DNA of 62,449 nt, counting the filler, from Choristocarpus tenellus KU-1152 (Eukaryota > Protista > Phaeophyceae): assembly GCA_964200185.2 (NCBI GenBank). It is 12 parts of 12 records of this genome, joined end to end, with 100 filler letters (N's around TTAATTAATTAA, not from the genome) between each part and the next. Parts side by side here need not be neighbours in the genome. Positions count along the whole stretch, not along the records: positions 48,995 to 52,511 come from CAXNAD020019502.1; positions 52,612 to 56,507 come from CAXNAD020017288.1; positions 56,608 to 59,349 come from CAXNAD020025139.1; positions 59,450 to 62,449 come from CAXNAD020023029.1; 8 more parts are not named here. One strand, written 5' to 3'. This document shows positions 49,245-61,114 of the stretch, piece after piece; within the stretch, counting starts at the first letter, position 1, and the number at the start of each line of letters is the position of its first letter. The notes beneath the pieces were generated by a model. It worked only from the letters and a program-made list of their open reading frames with translations, did not search any database and was not told the origin of the DNA. The position numbers and the translations under genes are program-made.

Positions 49245-51420
49245 GTGGGATTTGTCCAGAAACAGGCCCGTGTAAAGGAGCGTCTTGGTCAATACTGTAG
49301 TGTTGGACAAGAAGCTGCATATTTCACAAGTCGCCATTCTTCCATTTGATCTCGTAGGGGTAGCTGACTCGCTCCTCTCTAACTTTCATCGTGTAGTGGG
49401 GCTGGTAGTTGGTCACGGTCCCTTGCATCTGCTGATCGTTTCATCTGAAGTGTAGCCCCCTGCCCTTGACTCTGGCATTGAGTGTTACACCCTCATCCAA
49501 ATCCGGCACATAACTTAGTGTCGGTCCAAGGAGTATATATTACCATATATCCTTGTCCATGTCCCTACGCTTCCACTGACGGTCAACAATCGACCGACTG
49601 CGTTGTCTGACACACAGGGCTGCAGCCTCGTCACTGTCCCTCTTGTTCTTCTCTCGAAGTTGGTTGACACCCTCCTCGATCTCGTCCTCTGTCATGTACG
49701 ACCCCAGTTGAGGGAGTGAAGATTTTTCGCCATCGTTCGGGAGGTAGGTCACTGAGCAAATGTACGCCCCTGAACCATCTACATGAACATCACTGACCTT
49801 CCCATGTACGATGCCCCCCCCACTCGTGCGCAGGATGAAGCTGGTTCCTCGACCGAACCTGGCATCGGATGTGTCCCCAAGTCTGAGTTGCCTAGAGAAA
49901 CGAGCAGGTATCCTACCGAGAGATTGCCGGTTGGATTCCGAGGTGAAGCTCCGGTATTGACCAGGCAGGATCGTGAATGTGTTGTCCAGGTGGTTGTGGT
50001 CGATATCTGTGAAGTCTGGGATGATGACAGCCTGAAGGGGCACGACGCGGGGACCCGGTTGTGCGTCCTGCATAACCACAAACATATTCGTTGCGGGGAC
50101 AGTGTTGGTGTGTAGGACTATTGGAATGTGTTTGCAAGTTATGGCCTGGTTTGGTTGTATAGGGGTGTTGTTTGTTGATTTTTTTGAGAAACAGATAGTT
50201 TTATGTATGATAGAGGATACACTTAGGCAGTGGAACGAACGAATGGGATGCGCTTGTTTGCCCTACGTAAGTTGTGAAGTATTATGCGAAAGGTGTCAGT
50301 GGCGGTTGCAGATCGGGAGAACAAAATGACATTGATTTTGATATCAGGATTGGGCGTTATGGGAGGAATCTATGTTGGTTAGAGGGGATATAAGGGGATA
50401 TGTGACCCCGGAATATGGACAGGTGGAATCACTCGTGTGGAGCATTGTTCCCTTAGAAGCAATAATAAGCGTTACTCACCTTGTCCGTCCGTGACATGTG
50501 AATAGTTGGCACTCCATCAACGAAGCTAGCACTCAGCACCTCGAAGCTTTCAGTGACAAAGACGACCTCATCTCCAGCACTGAACATCCCTCCGTAGCTG
50601 GAGTGGTGTCTGGCATTCCATTGAATCGTGTCCTTGCAGTGGACCGTGAACGGCAAGAACTCTATATCGTTGTACTCCGATGGCTGCGTCTGCACAATGC
50701 ATATGTTCCCCTCAGCGAGCTGTCTCTTCTTCCTCGACAGCTACTTCTCAGATACATATCACCTGTTCCCGCTTCCGTGGAAAATCCGAGGTTTATCTCC
50801 TTAAGCGGGGGCACGTTTGTTAGTTGCCACCTGCATTGGGCCAGGATGCTGATGGAACAGTTCGTGCAGTAGCACGACAGTTCGGTGTATATGAATGTAC
50901 GGGAGTCTCCGGGGGTGAGCCAACCAGTGAAGAACCTGTGCATGGACTTGATTCAACTGAGGTTTGGGACACATGGGTCGAGCCAAAGTATCTTAGAGGG
51001 TAGAGCCCCGTCCATTTGGGGGCCAAAATCCAATGTTGCAATGTTGGTGTAATTTTGGCTATCGTGTTTTCTAGGAAGTGCCAATATCCATATTCTGGAC
51101 ACATCATTTCATAACGCATATATTTTACCTACTCCGAAATATTTTGGAGTAAGAGAATGTCATCAAATAAAACATGGGAAGGCAAGCCTCAAATGGACAA
51201 ACAGGGCAAACTCGCACCCTCTAAGATACTTTCACTCGGTCGTGTCGTCCCGCACGGTCGATCTTGTATGACGGAAGGTGGACTCTCTCCTGTGTGCGGA
51301 ACGTGTCGGTGTATAGAAGTTTCGTATACGTGTTACTGTGCTGTCTGCCACCCCTGTCCGTCCAATCCTAAGGGTTGTGGGGATTGTGCGTATAAGGGGA
51401 GGGGTGGTACGTGTTGGAGT
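49245..51420 (-). mobile_element. Decayed DNA transposon gene: Sola2-like transposase C-terminus spliced to two Tudor-like domains
   Basis: KIDR...IKSMHRFF...ELSCYCTNC motif; GTGAGT...CAG intron 50146-50479 in phase 0; GKVSDV...VTY..DGE and GTVTNY...YEIKWKNGD. Confidence 0.5.
50980..51237. mobile_element. MITE family B inserted in a transposase relic
   Basis: TIRs; TSD GGTC. Confidence 0.9.
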
Positions 51421-51534
51421 TAGTATCGTCACTGAGGCAGTGTGCTGTGACCGATTTGATGTGATGACATTTTCTTTGGAGTGATATGTACTACCTATTC
51501 CTGTAACGAGTGTTTGGTAATGATGGATGGCAGT

Positions 51535-52410
51535 ATGGGATGAAACCCCAAACTTGGAGTTTTGTGTTAGTTTGCCGATTGGGAGACTTCTGAAAATAGA
51601 GGACGATGGTTGCAAGTGTGCACGGAATTTGTGTGGTCGATTAAGAAATATGTATGAGCGATCATCATGTGATTCGTGGTGTTGGCATGAAGGGAAGGCA
51701 TGGATGTGACATAATGGGTCGACGAAATCTATTGCCTTGGTGGAATATATGGGTTAGCAAGGAGTGGGGGGGTGCAGAGTGTCGTGAGTTGCAAACAGGG
51801 ATTAATTATTTTGAGTGGGGAAAATCATGCACGTGGTATCTATTCCTGCAGCAAGCGATGGATGTATGGTCGACGTTGTTACGTGAAAGGAAACAATAAC
51901 TTTGATTTTTGAATTAGTTTACCGATTGGCAGACTCATTGTAAATCGACGGCGATGGATGTGCATGGACGGTATGCAGTCGATCAATGAATATGTATCTG
52001 CGATTATCATGTGATTCGTAGTCTCGACATGAGGGAAGGCGCGGATGTGACATAATGGGTCAACGATATCTATTGCGTGTTTAGTGTATGAATTATCAAG
52101 GGGCGGGAGAGTGCAGACTGATGCGAGTGGCAAGGAGGGATCAGGTCCAGGGGGCGGGGAGAATCATGCATGTAGTATATGTGGTATATATTCCTACAAC
52201 AAGCGATGGGTATATGGTTGACGTTCACACTGTAAAAAAAAGGAACTTGCAGCTTTGCGCGAGTTTATCGATTGGCAGACTTATACAAAATAGGCAGCGA
52301 TAGTTGTAAGTGTATAGAGACTATCTGTGCAGTCATTTCATAAGTGCGTATGTGTTATCTTGACGCTGTGCGTCGTGTCGGCATGAAGGGAGTGACGGAT
52401 GTGACATGAG
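51535..52410. repeat. Diverged tandem repeat, ~2.5 units of ~350 bp
   Basis: AGTTT..CGATTGG.AGACT and CATGA.GG.A...GGATGTGACAT recur in units beginning near 51570, 51915 and 52260. Confidence 0.75.
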
Positions 52411-55298
52411 TTCGAACTGTACGTGTTGAGTGTTTGTTGTGTTCGTAGATAGTGCTGCTGATACACTATAGACACCACTAGTGGATTATGTGATAGGGTA
52501 GAGAGCCAGTGNNNNNNNNNNNNNNNNNNNNNNNNNNNNNNNNNNNNNNNNNNNNTTAATTAATTAANNNNNNNNNNNNNNNNNNNNNNNNNNNNNNNNN
52601 NNNNNNNNNNNCCCCCCCCCCAGATACTTTAAGTCAAGTGTGATACCTGTGAAAGCCCTCTGCCTTCTGTCCCTGTGTGAATTCTTCTTCCTATTATCTT
52701 TCATTGCAAATCAGAACAATAGTGACAATATGGATTTTTGCGTATAGAACAGACTACCAACTGTGATGATGTGTATCCTCGATAAAATGATATTCTCAAA
52801 TCGGATGAATCAGTGGTCGCCATTGCAGAGCGTAGGACTTGTTGAACATGTCAATGCCAGCAATCTGTCCAAGTACAGTCTTAACGTGTCAAAACAGAGG
52901 TCTTTCATACAGTACCTTCTTGGTTATATATAGTCATAGTCTGGTAGGTGAACACGATTTACTGTGAAGTACTGACACCTTTGTTTAAAGTACAGCTTCA
53001 TTCTTCCATTTCTTACGCAACTTCTCTTTTGTGGGTGTACTCATCGTTACTGCTGTAAAACACTTCTTAAAACAAGCTGTTGAGATTTTGTGCGGAGCAT
53101 GATAATTTGTCACACTTACTAAACGATAATGTTTAGAGTACCTAGAAAAATAGCTTCTGACACTGGTTCTTACGCCCGCTCACTAATTTTGTGTTGCAGG
53201 TGGTGTCGAAGTATGTAATAATGGCAATATTTTCCTGTACATGAGTGACATTGATGCTACTTAACGAAAGCCTTCAATGCACCTTATTGTGGATAGTAAC
53301 AAGTGGCAGGATTCTTCCTCGTGTGTATGATATTAGTATGTTAATGGTATATATGTCGACCACATAGTCAAATTATCTTCTTCCACAGGATGAATCACTG
53401 GATGGGATGATGATCAACGTGTTTGAAATGAAAAATTAGCCTGCAATAGATTTTTATGAACGCAACCTGTCATCTGGAGTCTTCTGCATGCCAAAAAAGG
53501 ACCTGCAGTGATGCCTCCAGCAACTATGTCTATCTGACCTGCCAAACAAAGAGCTGTGCGAAATGGCATGTTTGAGTAGTGAACCATTTCATATCCTAAA
53601 TCATGTCAAGAATGGCACAAGCCACTTAAACCTTTTCCTCTGTCCACAATTGTTGTCTCTTCAACATTAGTGCTGCAGCATTTCGTTGCAGAGCAAGAAC
53701 TATACCCCCTAGGCAAGTCCAGAGTACTTGCACCACCATGGTGCCCTCGTACCCTGTTTTATATCGAGCTAGAAGTCGGGCAAGGAGGCCCTACAGCTTG
53801 ATAGCCTTATGTGGAGTTAGTGCAAGGCTGTTACATGATGCACCTTGAAGAGGTTGATTCATAGTATATATGTTCAAGATGTCACCAAAATGTATAGTAG
53901 TGCTTGTGTCTGCCCACCCTTGAGGTCATACATGTTGTGAACATTTATTTTGGAGATTTTTTATTGGTTGGGTGTGTGATTTGTGATGTCTCAACTCTTG
54001 TGTACTTTCTACACTGTGACTGAATTCCACACATGGTCAACGATTTGCCAATCTCACTTTTTTTATCATTGGTCCCTGCATATAGAATAAAAAACTACAA
54101 ATATTTTCTGGGGGGGCAGGTCACCAACTTATCTGGGAAACCCCATACCTTCCGATGACAAACAAACAAATGAGTTGACAAGATGGTGTGATACTATTCC
54201 ACTGATTGTTAATAGTGGAAGGCTTTCCAATAATCTTGTAAACAGTTTCTTGTTTACGTTCTTCTATATAGTGGGATAAGATGCAACCCTAAACTTTCCC
54301 TTTATCTAGAAGCGCTACTGTGCAGGCAGTGCAACTGCGTTGCGTAAAAGGGTGGGAACCTTTGTGAAAGAAAAGTGATCACCACCACGGTGACCAGTCA
54401 CTGAGAGCTACAACGAGCAATTCACAGTATACAACTATCTGCATTGATGTAACAGTGGTATCATCGATATTGGACAAAATCGAAGACTGTGTAATCAAAT
54501 CCTGGCTGGATTGCCTTCCAGACTTATTCAGTGAGAGGACAAGACAGAGTGTGAGAGGGTCTCAGGAATGAACTCAAAGTGAAAAGCGAAGATTGAGATA
54601 ACTGTTGGGTAATACACACAGTTGTGGATTGATCGTGCACAGCATATGCTGGGTTTGCTCCTGGCCTCTGATTTTGTCAACAAACAAGACGCTACTATTC
54701 CACTGAAGGTTTCAGTAGCATCTCTCAATATTTGACCCTCAACACACCAAAGCCTCCACCTAACACACACCCCTGTTCCTGTCTTGATGCTATTTCTATC
54801 ATGTTATGGCACCTGTTGGTACACCTACTCCCGAAGAGATTGGTCTCCAGGTACCCATTGATGTGCTGGAAGTGGATGGAAAGTTCTATGGCTTCTCGGG
54901 GTGTCACAGGTATGTATGAAATGTTACAAGGAGTTCCCATATTGTGGAAATATCTTAAGTTTTGGTGTCTGGTAGTAAAGGAAATTTATGATATGTCCCA
55001 TTGAACTTCTGAGTTTTGAGCACATCATAGACCACATTTTCTTGTTGATGCACAATACCCTGTCAAAGTTTCCCATACATCGACAACAAAACTCTACACA
55101 GCCCACCCAGTCACTGCCATCATTTTATTAACAGGTTTGGCACAGTTCTGACTTTCTTAGTTTGTGGATATGCACTTATACAGAAGAATAAGTGGACTGA
55201 ATTAATCTGTTGTAGAGTTTACGTTAAAACGGTGTTTTTATGCTCTCTCTGTCATGTTTATGTTGCTTGTGTGTTATCCCTCTGTCTCACCTCCCTCT

Positions 55299-55549
55299 GA
55301 GCCAGAGTAAACGAGAGGTACCCAGGGTTGCATTTTAGGGATGCCCACAACTATTGTGCAAATTCAACTTTTTGTACAAATGCGTGTATGGACGTTTCTT
55401 TATTCTGTCGAGATGTTCGAACAATATAGAAATTAAAGCTCTCAAGTCAACCTTAGAAATCATAGAAATAAGGGTGAACCGCGAAAGATTGAAAAAGTGC
55501 CTTAAATTCAAACCGACCAAAACCTGGATTCTTCTTTTTTTTTTGGCTC
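55299..55549. mobile_element. MITE family D (~250 bp); other copies at 6871-7137, 38099-38345 and partial 35760-35892
   Basis: GAGCC...AAACGAGAGGTACCCAG / CTGG..CTCTCGTTT...GGCTC inverted ends; shared interior CTCTCAAGTCAAAC..CATAGAAATA. Confidence 0.75.
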
Positions 55550-55823
55550 TCCCAAAAGAGGACACATCAACCGACCCTGTGTGATTGCTCTTGGCACTCA
55601 TTACTCATCTTTCCTTCATAATCTTGCTCCCTGCACTCATATTTATAACATATGTGTTAGAGGCTGCATTGTATGGCCAAGTTGCAAGTCTTTCAACATT
55701 TTCCTCCCCTCTTTCCCCCTCTTTCTCTCTGCACAAATTCTCCAAACTGGGCATTGACTGTGTATGAGGTGGACCTGCTCACAATAGTTCAATTCGTCTG
55801 ACTGATACCAGTATGTACCAGAT

Positions 55824-56005
55824 GGCTCAAATTATCCGTGGGGGCGGGGGCGGCTGTCCATTTGGGGCAATTTTTTTAATGTAGCGATTTTTGTGTGATT
55901 TGGTTGTATATGGTAGATGGATAATGCAAGTGCACGTTTCCTGGTTATGGTCCAAATGGACACCCTGGTGTGTAGACCCCCCCCCCAACACAGATACCTT
56001 GGGTC
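55824..56005. mobile_element. MITE family C; related single ends at 25341, 26079, 26888, 43263, 48853, 52612, 56465 and 59308
   Basis: TIRs and internal homology. Confidence 0.8.
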
Positions 56006-56940
56006 CATAGCGTCTACCAGAAAGTTCAATGCATGTAGGACGAACTGATACATACAGACAGAATGCCCTATTGGTGTCCAGGTATGAGGCGCACCAACAA
56101 CTCGGACTGGAAACCATCAGGTGTAGGGTGATAAAAGCCTCAAAGGAAGTGTTAGCCAAGCACTTGAGCTAATTTTCATCAACCCAACTCATCTTCTCCG
56201 TGGACACAATGAGGTGTGGTGGGGTAATGAAATTGGTGCTGGAAAATTATTCATTCCAACATCAGCAAACTCACCAATTTAGTGTGTAGCATGAAGCACA
56301 ATGAAGCACTGCATGTGGATCTGTACATTTTGTGTACTGCCTGTCTTCGATCGATATTGGTGTGGACAACATGCTCGCCCTATACCTGATGATCATGGTC
56401 CAAACAACATATGTTTTGAGCAGGGCATAACCTTCGAGGTTTCTAGTGTAAATATTTGGCAGTAGGGTCAAAGTATCTGGGGGGGGGTGCCGGCGTCCGT
56501 TTTTCACNNNNNNNNNNNNNNNNNNNNNNNNNNNNNNNNNNNNNNNNNNNNTTAATTAATTAANNNNNNNNNNNNNNNNNNNNNNNNNNNNNNNNNNNNN
56601 NNNNNNNTACTCCCTCCTCCTTTTCCTAGGCCTGATATTTGTTGTCAGTTTTCTTGTTGTGGGCACATGTTCCTCCCTTTAGAACAACATCTCCAGCACT
56701 CGCCCTCTCAATCATCACAGTGAGTAATGCAATAAAAATAGGTCAACAAATTGTGCATTGTAGCAAGGTATATATGGTTCATAATGGTTCATTATGGTTA
56801 CAATTGTGGGTCATTCCAATGATGAGGGGAAAGAGGGAAGCAGAATTTGAAAGGAATACGGCCGAGAATACATGCTTCAAAGTAACTACTAATTTTATAG
56901 GAACACAATGTTCAATAACGAAATAACGAAAATATATTAT

Positions 56941-57407
56941 TATCTATGAAGTTGCTGTCGGGACCAACATCACAGAAGATATTTCTCCTGTTGGTGAGGA
57001 CTACATATCAAGAGTAATAAAAGAACGAAAGTAACAAAGACACGCATCACACATGTATGTACACTGTTGTTCCACTAGGGGACTTTACACAATACTTTGT
57101 GGATTTGCAATGAATTCAATTAGATGAGTTATAGGCGGCGGGCTGCTTGTGCCGTAGACACACGTATATCTATGGTGTATCTTACGCTGTCAGGACCAGC
57201 ATCACAGAATGTCTTGATCCTGCTGGTGGGGACTACAAAAGATATAGAAGAACGAATGCAGCAAAGACACACATCACACGTGTATGTTCACAGTTTGTCA
57301 TTCCACTGGGGGACTTTATACAATATTTTGAAAATCTGCAATGATTTCAATCAGATGGGTTATAGTCAGCGGACTGCTTGTGGTGCACACATATATCTAT
57401 GGTGTAT
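56941..57407. repeat. Diverged tandem duplication, 2 x ~227 bp
   Basis: GGACCA.CATCACAGAA, CAAAGACAC.CATCACAC, GGGGACTTTA and TATATCTATGGTGTAT each occur twice at constant spacing. Confidence 0.8.
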
Positions 57408-58022
57408 CGTGCATGTCATATGTACACAACTATGCAGAACAGAGCACAGGGCTTGCAGATTTGATGTATGTGAGGGATGTGTGCGTTAATCCAGTGCGTT
57501 TGTGCGTTGCCAACCTAATATCGTCAAGTAGGGGGTGGACTCCAAGATGACAAAAGAGAACTCAAAAGATAAGAATGAATGAAGATATCTCACTTGTCCA
57601 AATTGGTCCACTCTTGGCCTCCTTGTCCCTTACTTAAATACCCTGGGTACTTATCTTGCTTGTCAAGAGCAGTAGAGGAGTAGAAGTACCCCATGGGGTT
57701 GCTTTTCGAGATATTCTACGCGATTTAAGATCTAAGTACACATACCACGAAAGTGTACATAATCGTATCCAACGTACTACGTCGATGGATACAACCACGG
57801 ATAGAATGCTCATATATTTTTCTCTCTACTCTCAACAAATTCCATGTACAGTGCCATTTCTCATGTACCCCTAATACTCTCTCAACAAGACCAAAACAAG
57901 GGATCATGGGAAATCGTTGATCGTTTGTCAACTGACCGAAAAAATGCATTATCAATCAATCCCTTTACTCCTGAACATCATTGTATTGATAAAAATATGT
58001 AACGGTTGGGGTCTCAAGTTCG

Positions 58023-58095
58023 GACCGCGTGGCCTAATGGATAAGGTGTTGTCCTTCTAAGGCAAATATTTTGGTTTCGAGTCCCACCGTGGTTG
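58023..58095 (+). tRNA. tRNA-Arg(TCT), degenerate (probable pseudogene)
   Basis: GACCGCG acceptor stem, A-box TGGCCTAATGG, anticodon arm TTGTC-CTTCTAA-GGCAA, TTCGAGT loop and a downstream T-run; T-stem and D-stem carry mismatches. Confidence 0.7.
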
Positions 58096-59544
58096 ATGTT
58101 TTTATTTGCAGAACATAGATATTTTGTATAACAGGTACGACAATACAGCAAGTGGAGAAGTTCATCATCACGTTTACAATCTGGGCAACAGGGGGTGTTA
58201 ACGGCAAGGATTGTTGATCGAAGACGTGATTATCAATTGGTATCAACTGTTGGACAGCACGCTTATCGATCACCCAGAAATCTGTGTCCCGAAAGATTAG
58301 GGATGATTTGTGAAGTAGAAGTTTCCTTCCATCTAATAGAATAACTCCTTCAAAAGACATAAAATCCTGGTCATGAAACGTTTGTAGAAGGTGTTCAGGT
58401 AGTTCGTTCTCTTTGAATTCTTCCGCCAACAATATCTGAAAACAATTATCAGTTGTGTGGAACGTGTTGTATCGTCTCCTTGATTGAACTATATGCCTGT
58501 CAGAGTGATGTGGCATACGTATACAGGGTAAGTGTGTACTAAAAGAGTGTCCACCAGAGTACTGTTGAAGTACTCTCCCACTTCAGAACAGCCGCCGTCG
58601 CCACTGTGAAATGGATGGAGACAGGAAGACAGGTTCTTCAGACTCAAGGGGAGCAGGAAGATCCACCGGAGGAGGAATGGAATGGAGAAAGACGAGGCAG
58701 GAGGGAGAGCAATCCCTCAGAAGGTCACTCAGGGAAGAGTAAATAAGCAAAAAGTGAATGAGGGAGGTTTGCAAGGTCCCCTCAAACCACCCGATATTCA
58801 CTTCATACAGATGTTAACTCCAACGTACAAAAGCAAATGTCATATGAACAACAGACCTTGAAGAAAATCCTCTCAAGGTAGGTAGGTCACCTTAAAGGTG
58901 TATCATAGTTGGAAGATGGCTATCATAAATCTGAGTTTTGTGAGCGGGAGAATTTGTAGAAGGAAATACATACGGTAACCTGAGTGTTGGCAGGGATAAA
59001 ATGAAAAGAATTGGAAGGTGGATGAAGAGCTAAGGACTAGATAGCTGGGAGGACAGAGAGTTAGGGGAGAAGTTCAAGAAATGAGCGGTAGGTGGAGCCA
59101 TGAAGTAGGAAGGAACGGGACAGAACTAAAAGCACAGCTAAGGGTGGTGATGCACAGGACAAGCAGGGCAAGATCAAGGCAACCTACGAGCAATCTTTCC
59201 CATGCACCAACCCTTTTTATTACTCACAACCGAGTGGGATACTGGGGAAGGGGAGGGGGTCAAGTTTGGCGGGGTAGATGTGTTCTAGTTCAAAGGCACA
59301 GTATTAAGGGTCAAAGTATCTGGGGGGGGGGTGTCGGCGTCCGTTCTTCNNNNNNNNNNNNNNNNNNNNNNNNNNNNNNNNNNNNNNNNNNNNTTAATTA
59401 ATTAANNNNNNNNNNNNNNNNNNNNNNNNNNNNNNNNNNNNNNNNNNNNTGGCTTAGCATCATAGTTTTTTTCATCGCTTTTCCCCCCCCCCCTCCCCCC
59501 CCCCAACCTTGGCTGCTGCTTCATATGTGTGGTCATTTTATCAG

Positions 59545-59637
59545 TCGGGTGGCATGGCATGCTTGGACGATGACGGTATGGCAGAGATCACAAAGCTCAT
59601 GGACTACTACCTTGAGAATGCCAAGATTCTCAAAGAG
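59545..59637 (+). CDS. dapL: LL-diaminopimelate aminotransferase exon (SGGMACLDDDGMAEITKLMDYYLENAKILKE)
   Basis: GG-ACL--EG...YY-ENA motif of DapL/AGD2; CAG/GT bounded, phase 0. Confidence 0.9.
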
Positions 59638-60321
59638 GTGGGACTTCATAATAGAGCACCCTCTCAATCATCAACTTCGAACAGAATGTACAACTCAAAA
59701 CATAGAAGGCTGCAAGCCCTCTAGGCAACGTGTAGCTCGTGGCTGGTTTCAGAGTGGGTGATGTGTATGATATGAACGCCGCCTGCATGTCAGCATTTTG
59801 TATTGTACCCTTCTGTAGAGGAAACTGTCAACTACTTCAACATAGAAAATTCCTAATGTTTGACCTACGACTGAGAGATTGGAGATAGGTGAAGCAGTAA
59901 AGAGTTTAATGGTTTTTTTTTTTTTGCACGGATGGTTTTGTGTAATTTGGGTTACATACCGTCATCGATTTCTTAGATGGTTATACCGTGACTCTGAATT
60001 AGAAGGGTCCAGTTGATACGCCATAGGCTCCTGTCTTGTTTGTCTCTCTGTGTTGTGTTGTGTTTTTTTTTTTCTGAAGGTGTGCTGAGAGGGGTGTCGG
60101 AGTGTGAATTGGTTTGGGTGTATTTTGACCTTGGAGCTCACCTTAAGGCGGATGGAGAGCCTTGTTGGGTATTGTCTCTGTCCCATGAACAGCACAAGGA
60201 GGAGAACATGAAAAGCATTGTTCATCACTGTTGATCTTGAGATGTGTTGATAGTGGTTGGGTCTGTCTGTTGTACAGACTTTGAGACCGCTGTTTCTAAT
60301 GTACAATGTCTACTTCTACAG

Positions 60322-60438
60322 GGTATTGAGGCTTGTGGGTACACTGCATATGGGGGCCTGGACTCTCCCTATGTTTATGTGGACCTTGAGGGCAAGAGCA
60401 GCTGGGATGTTTTCACCGAGATTTTGGAAAAGGCTCAG
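60322..60438 (+). CDS. dapL: LL-diaminopimelate aminotransferase exon (GIEACGYTAYGGLDSPYVYVDLEGKSSWDVFTEILEKAQ)
   Basis: YGG--APY-W...SSWD-F-EILEK motif; CAG/GT bounded. Confidence 0.92.
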
Positions 60439-60991
60439 GTACCCCGCCTTATTCTCTGTGAAAGATGAGGAATAGCCCTGCGGGTTTGGTCACTATACTC
60501 CCTTGTTTCTGTGATGAAATGTTGGTAGGTGCTAGAGGAAGATCTTCCTAGGATATTGTTTTGCGTGTGATGATTTCTTCTTTCGTATTATTATCGAAAT
60601 GCTTCTTGAAGTGGTCTTTTCCATAGTTGTGAACCGATTACTTTTTTTACTACTATAATTTTGCAACTGTTACTAAATTTTTTGCATTTGGTTTTTGTTT
60701 AGGTCGTGATGGGGAGGGGGGGGGGTGGAGGATGCCCTATTAATGGTATGTATATTGCGTTGGAAGTACTACCCAGCTGGCAAAGAGCCCTGCAGAGGGT
60801 GTGTTGTGTTGTTGTACCTAGTTGTGGTTTTGTTCACGGCATAAGTGTGCAATTACACAGAAAGTTTGAAAAATGAAATGAAATGAAATGTTCTTGACCT
60901 GATGCTTTGGTCACACTTCAGCAAAGCACTCACCCCCCTCTTTCCTCGTCATTGTCTCTGTATCCCCCTGTCCTTGTCAATGGTTCGGCAG

Positions 60992-61114
60992 GTTGTAACT
61001 ATCCCTGGGGCAGGCTTCGGCCCTGGGGGGGAGGGTTTCCTCCGCTTGTCTGCGTTTGCACCTAGGGAGCACTGTATTGAGGCAGTGAAGCGGTTGGGTG
61101 AAGTCATGGCTTGA
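60992..61114 (+). CDS. dapL: LL-diaminopimelate aminotransferase terminal exon ([22 protein letters not shown]...*)
   Basis: PG-GFGP-GEGF-R-SAF signature; TGA stop. Confidence 0.93.
   Translation, partial: VVTIPGAGFGPGGEGFLRLSAFAPREHCIEAVKRLGEVMA

Noticed and set aside
9326-59449. Regularly recurring TTAATTAATTAA palindrome within N-runs
   Set aside because: Artificial six-frame-stop linker used to concatenate contigs; not a biological repeat or CRISPR
5640-61114. Apparent clustering of amino-acid biosynthesis genes (ASS, DapL) with bactofilin, PP2C and RNF170
   Set aside because: Each gene is on a different contig joined artificially, so no linkage can be inferred
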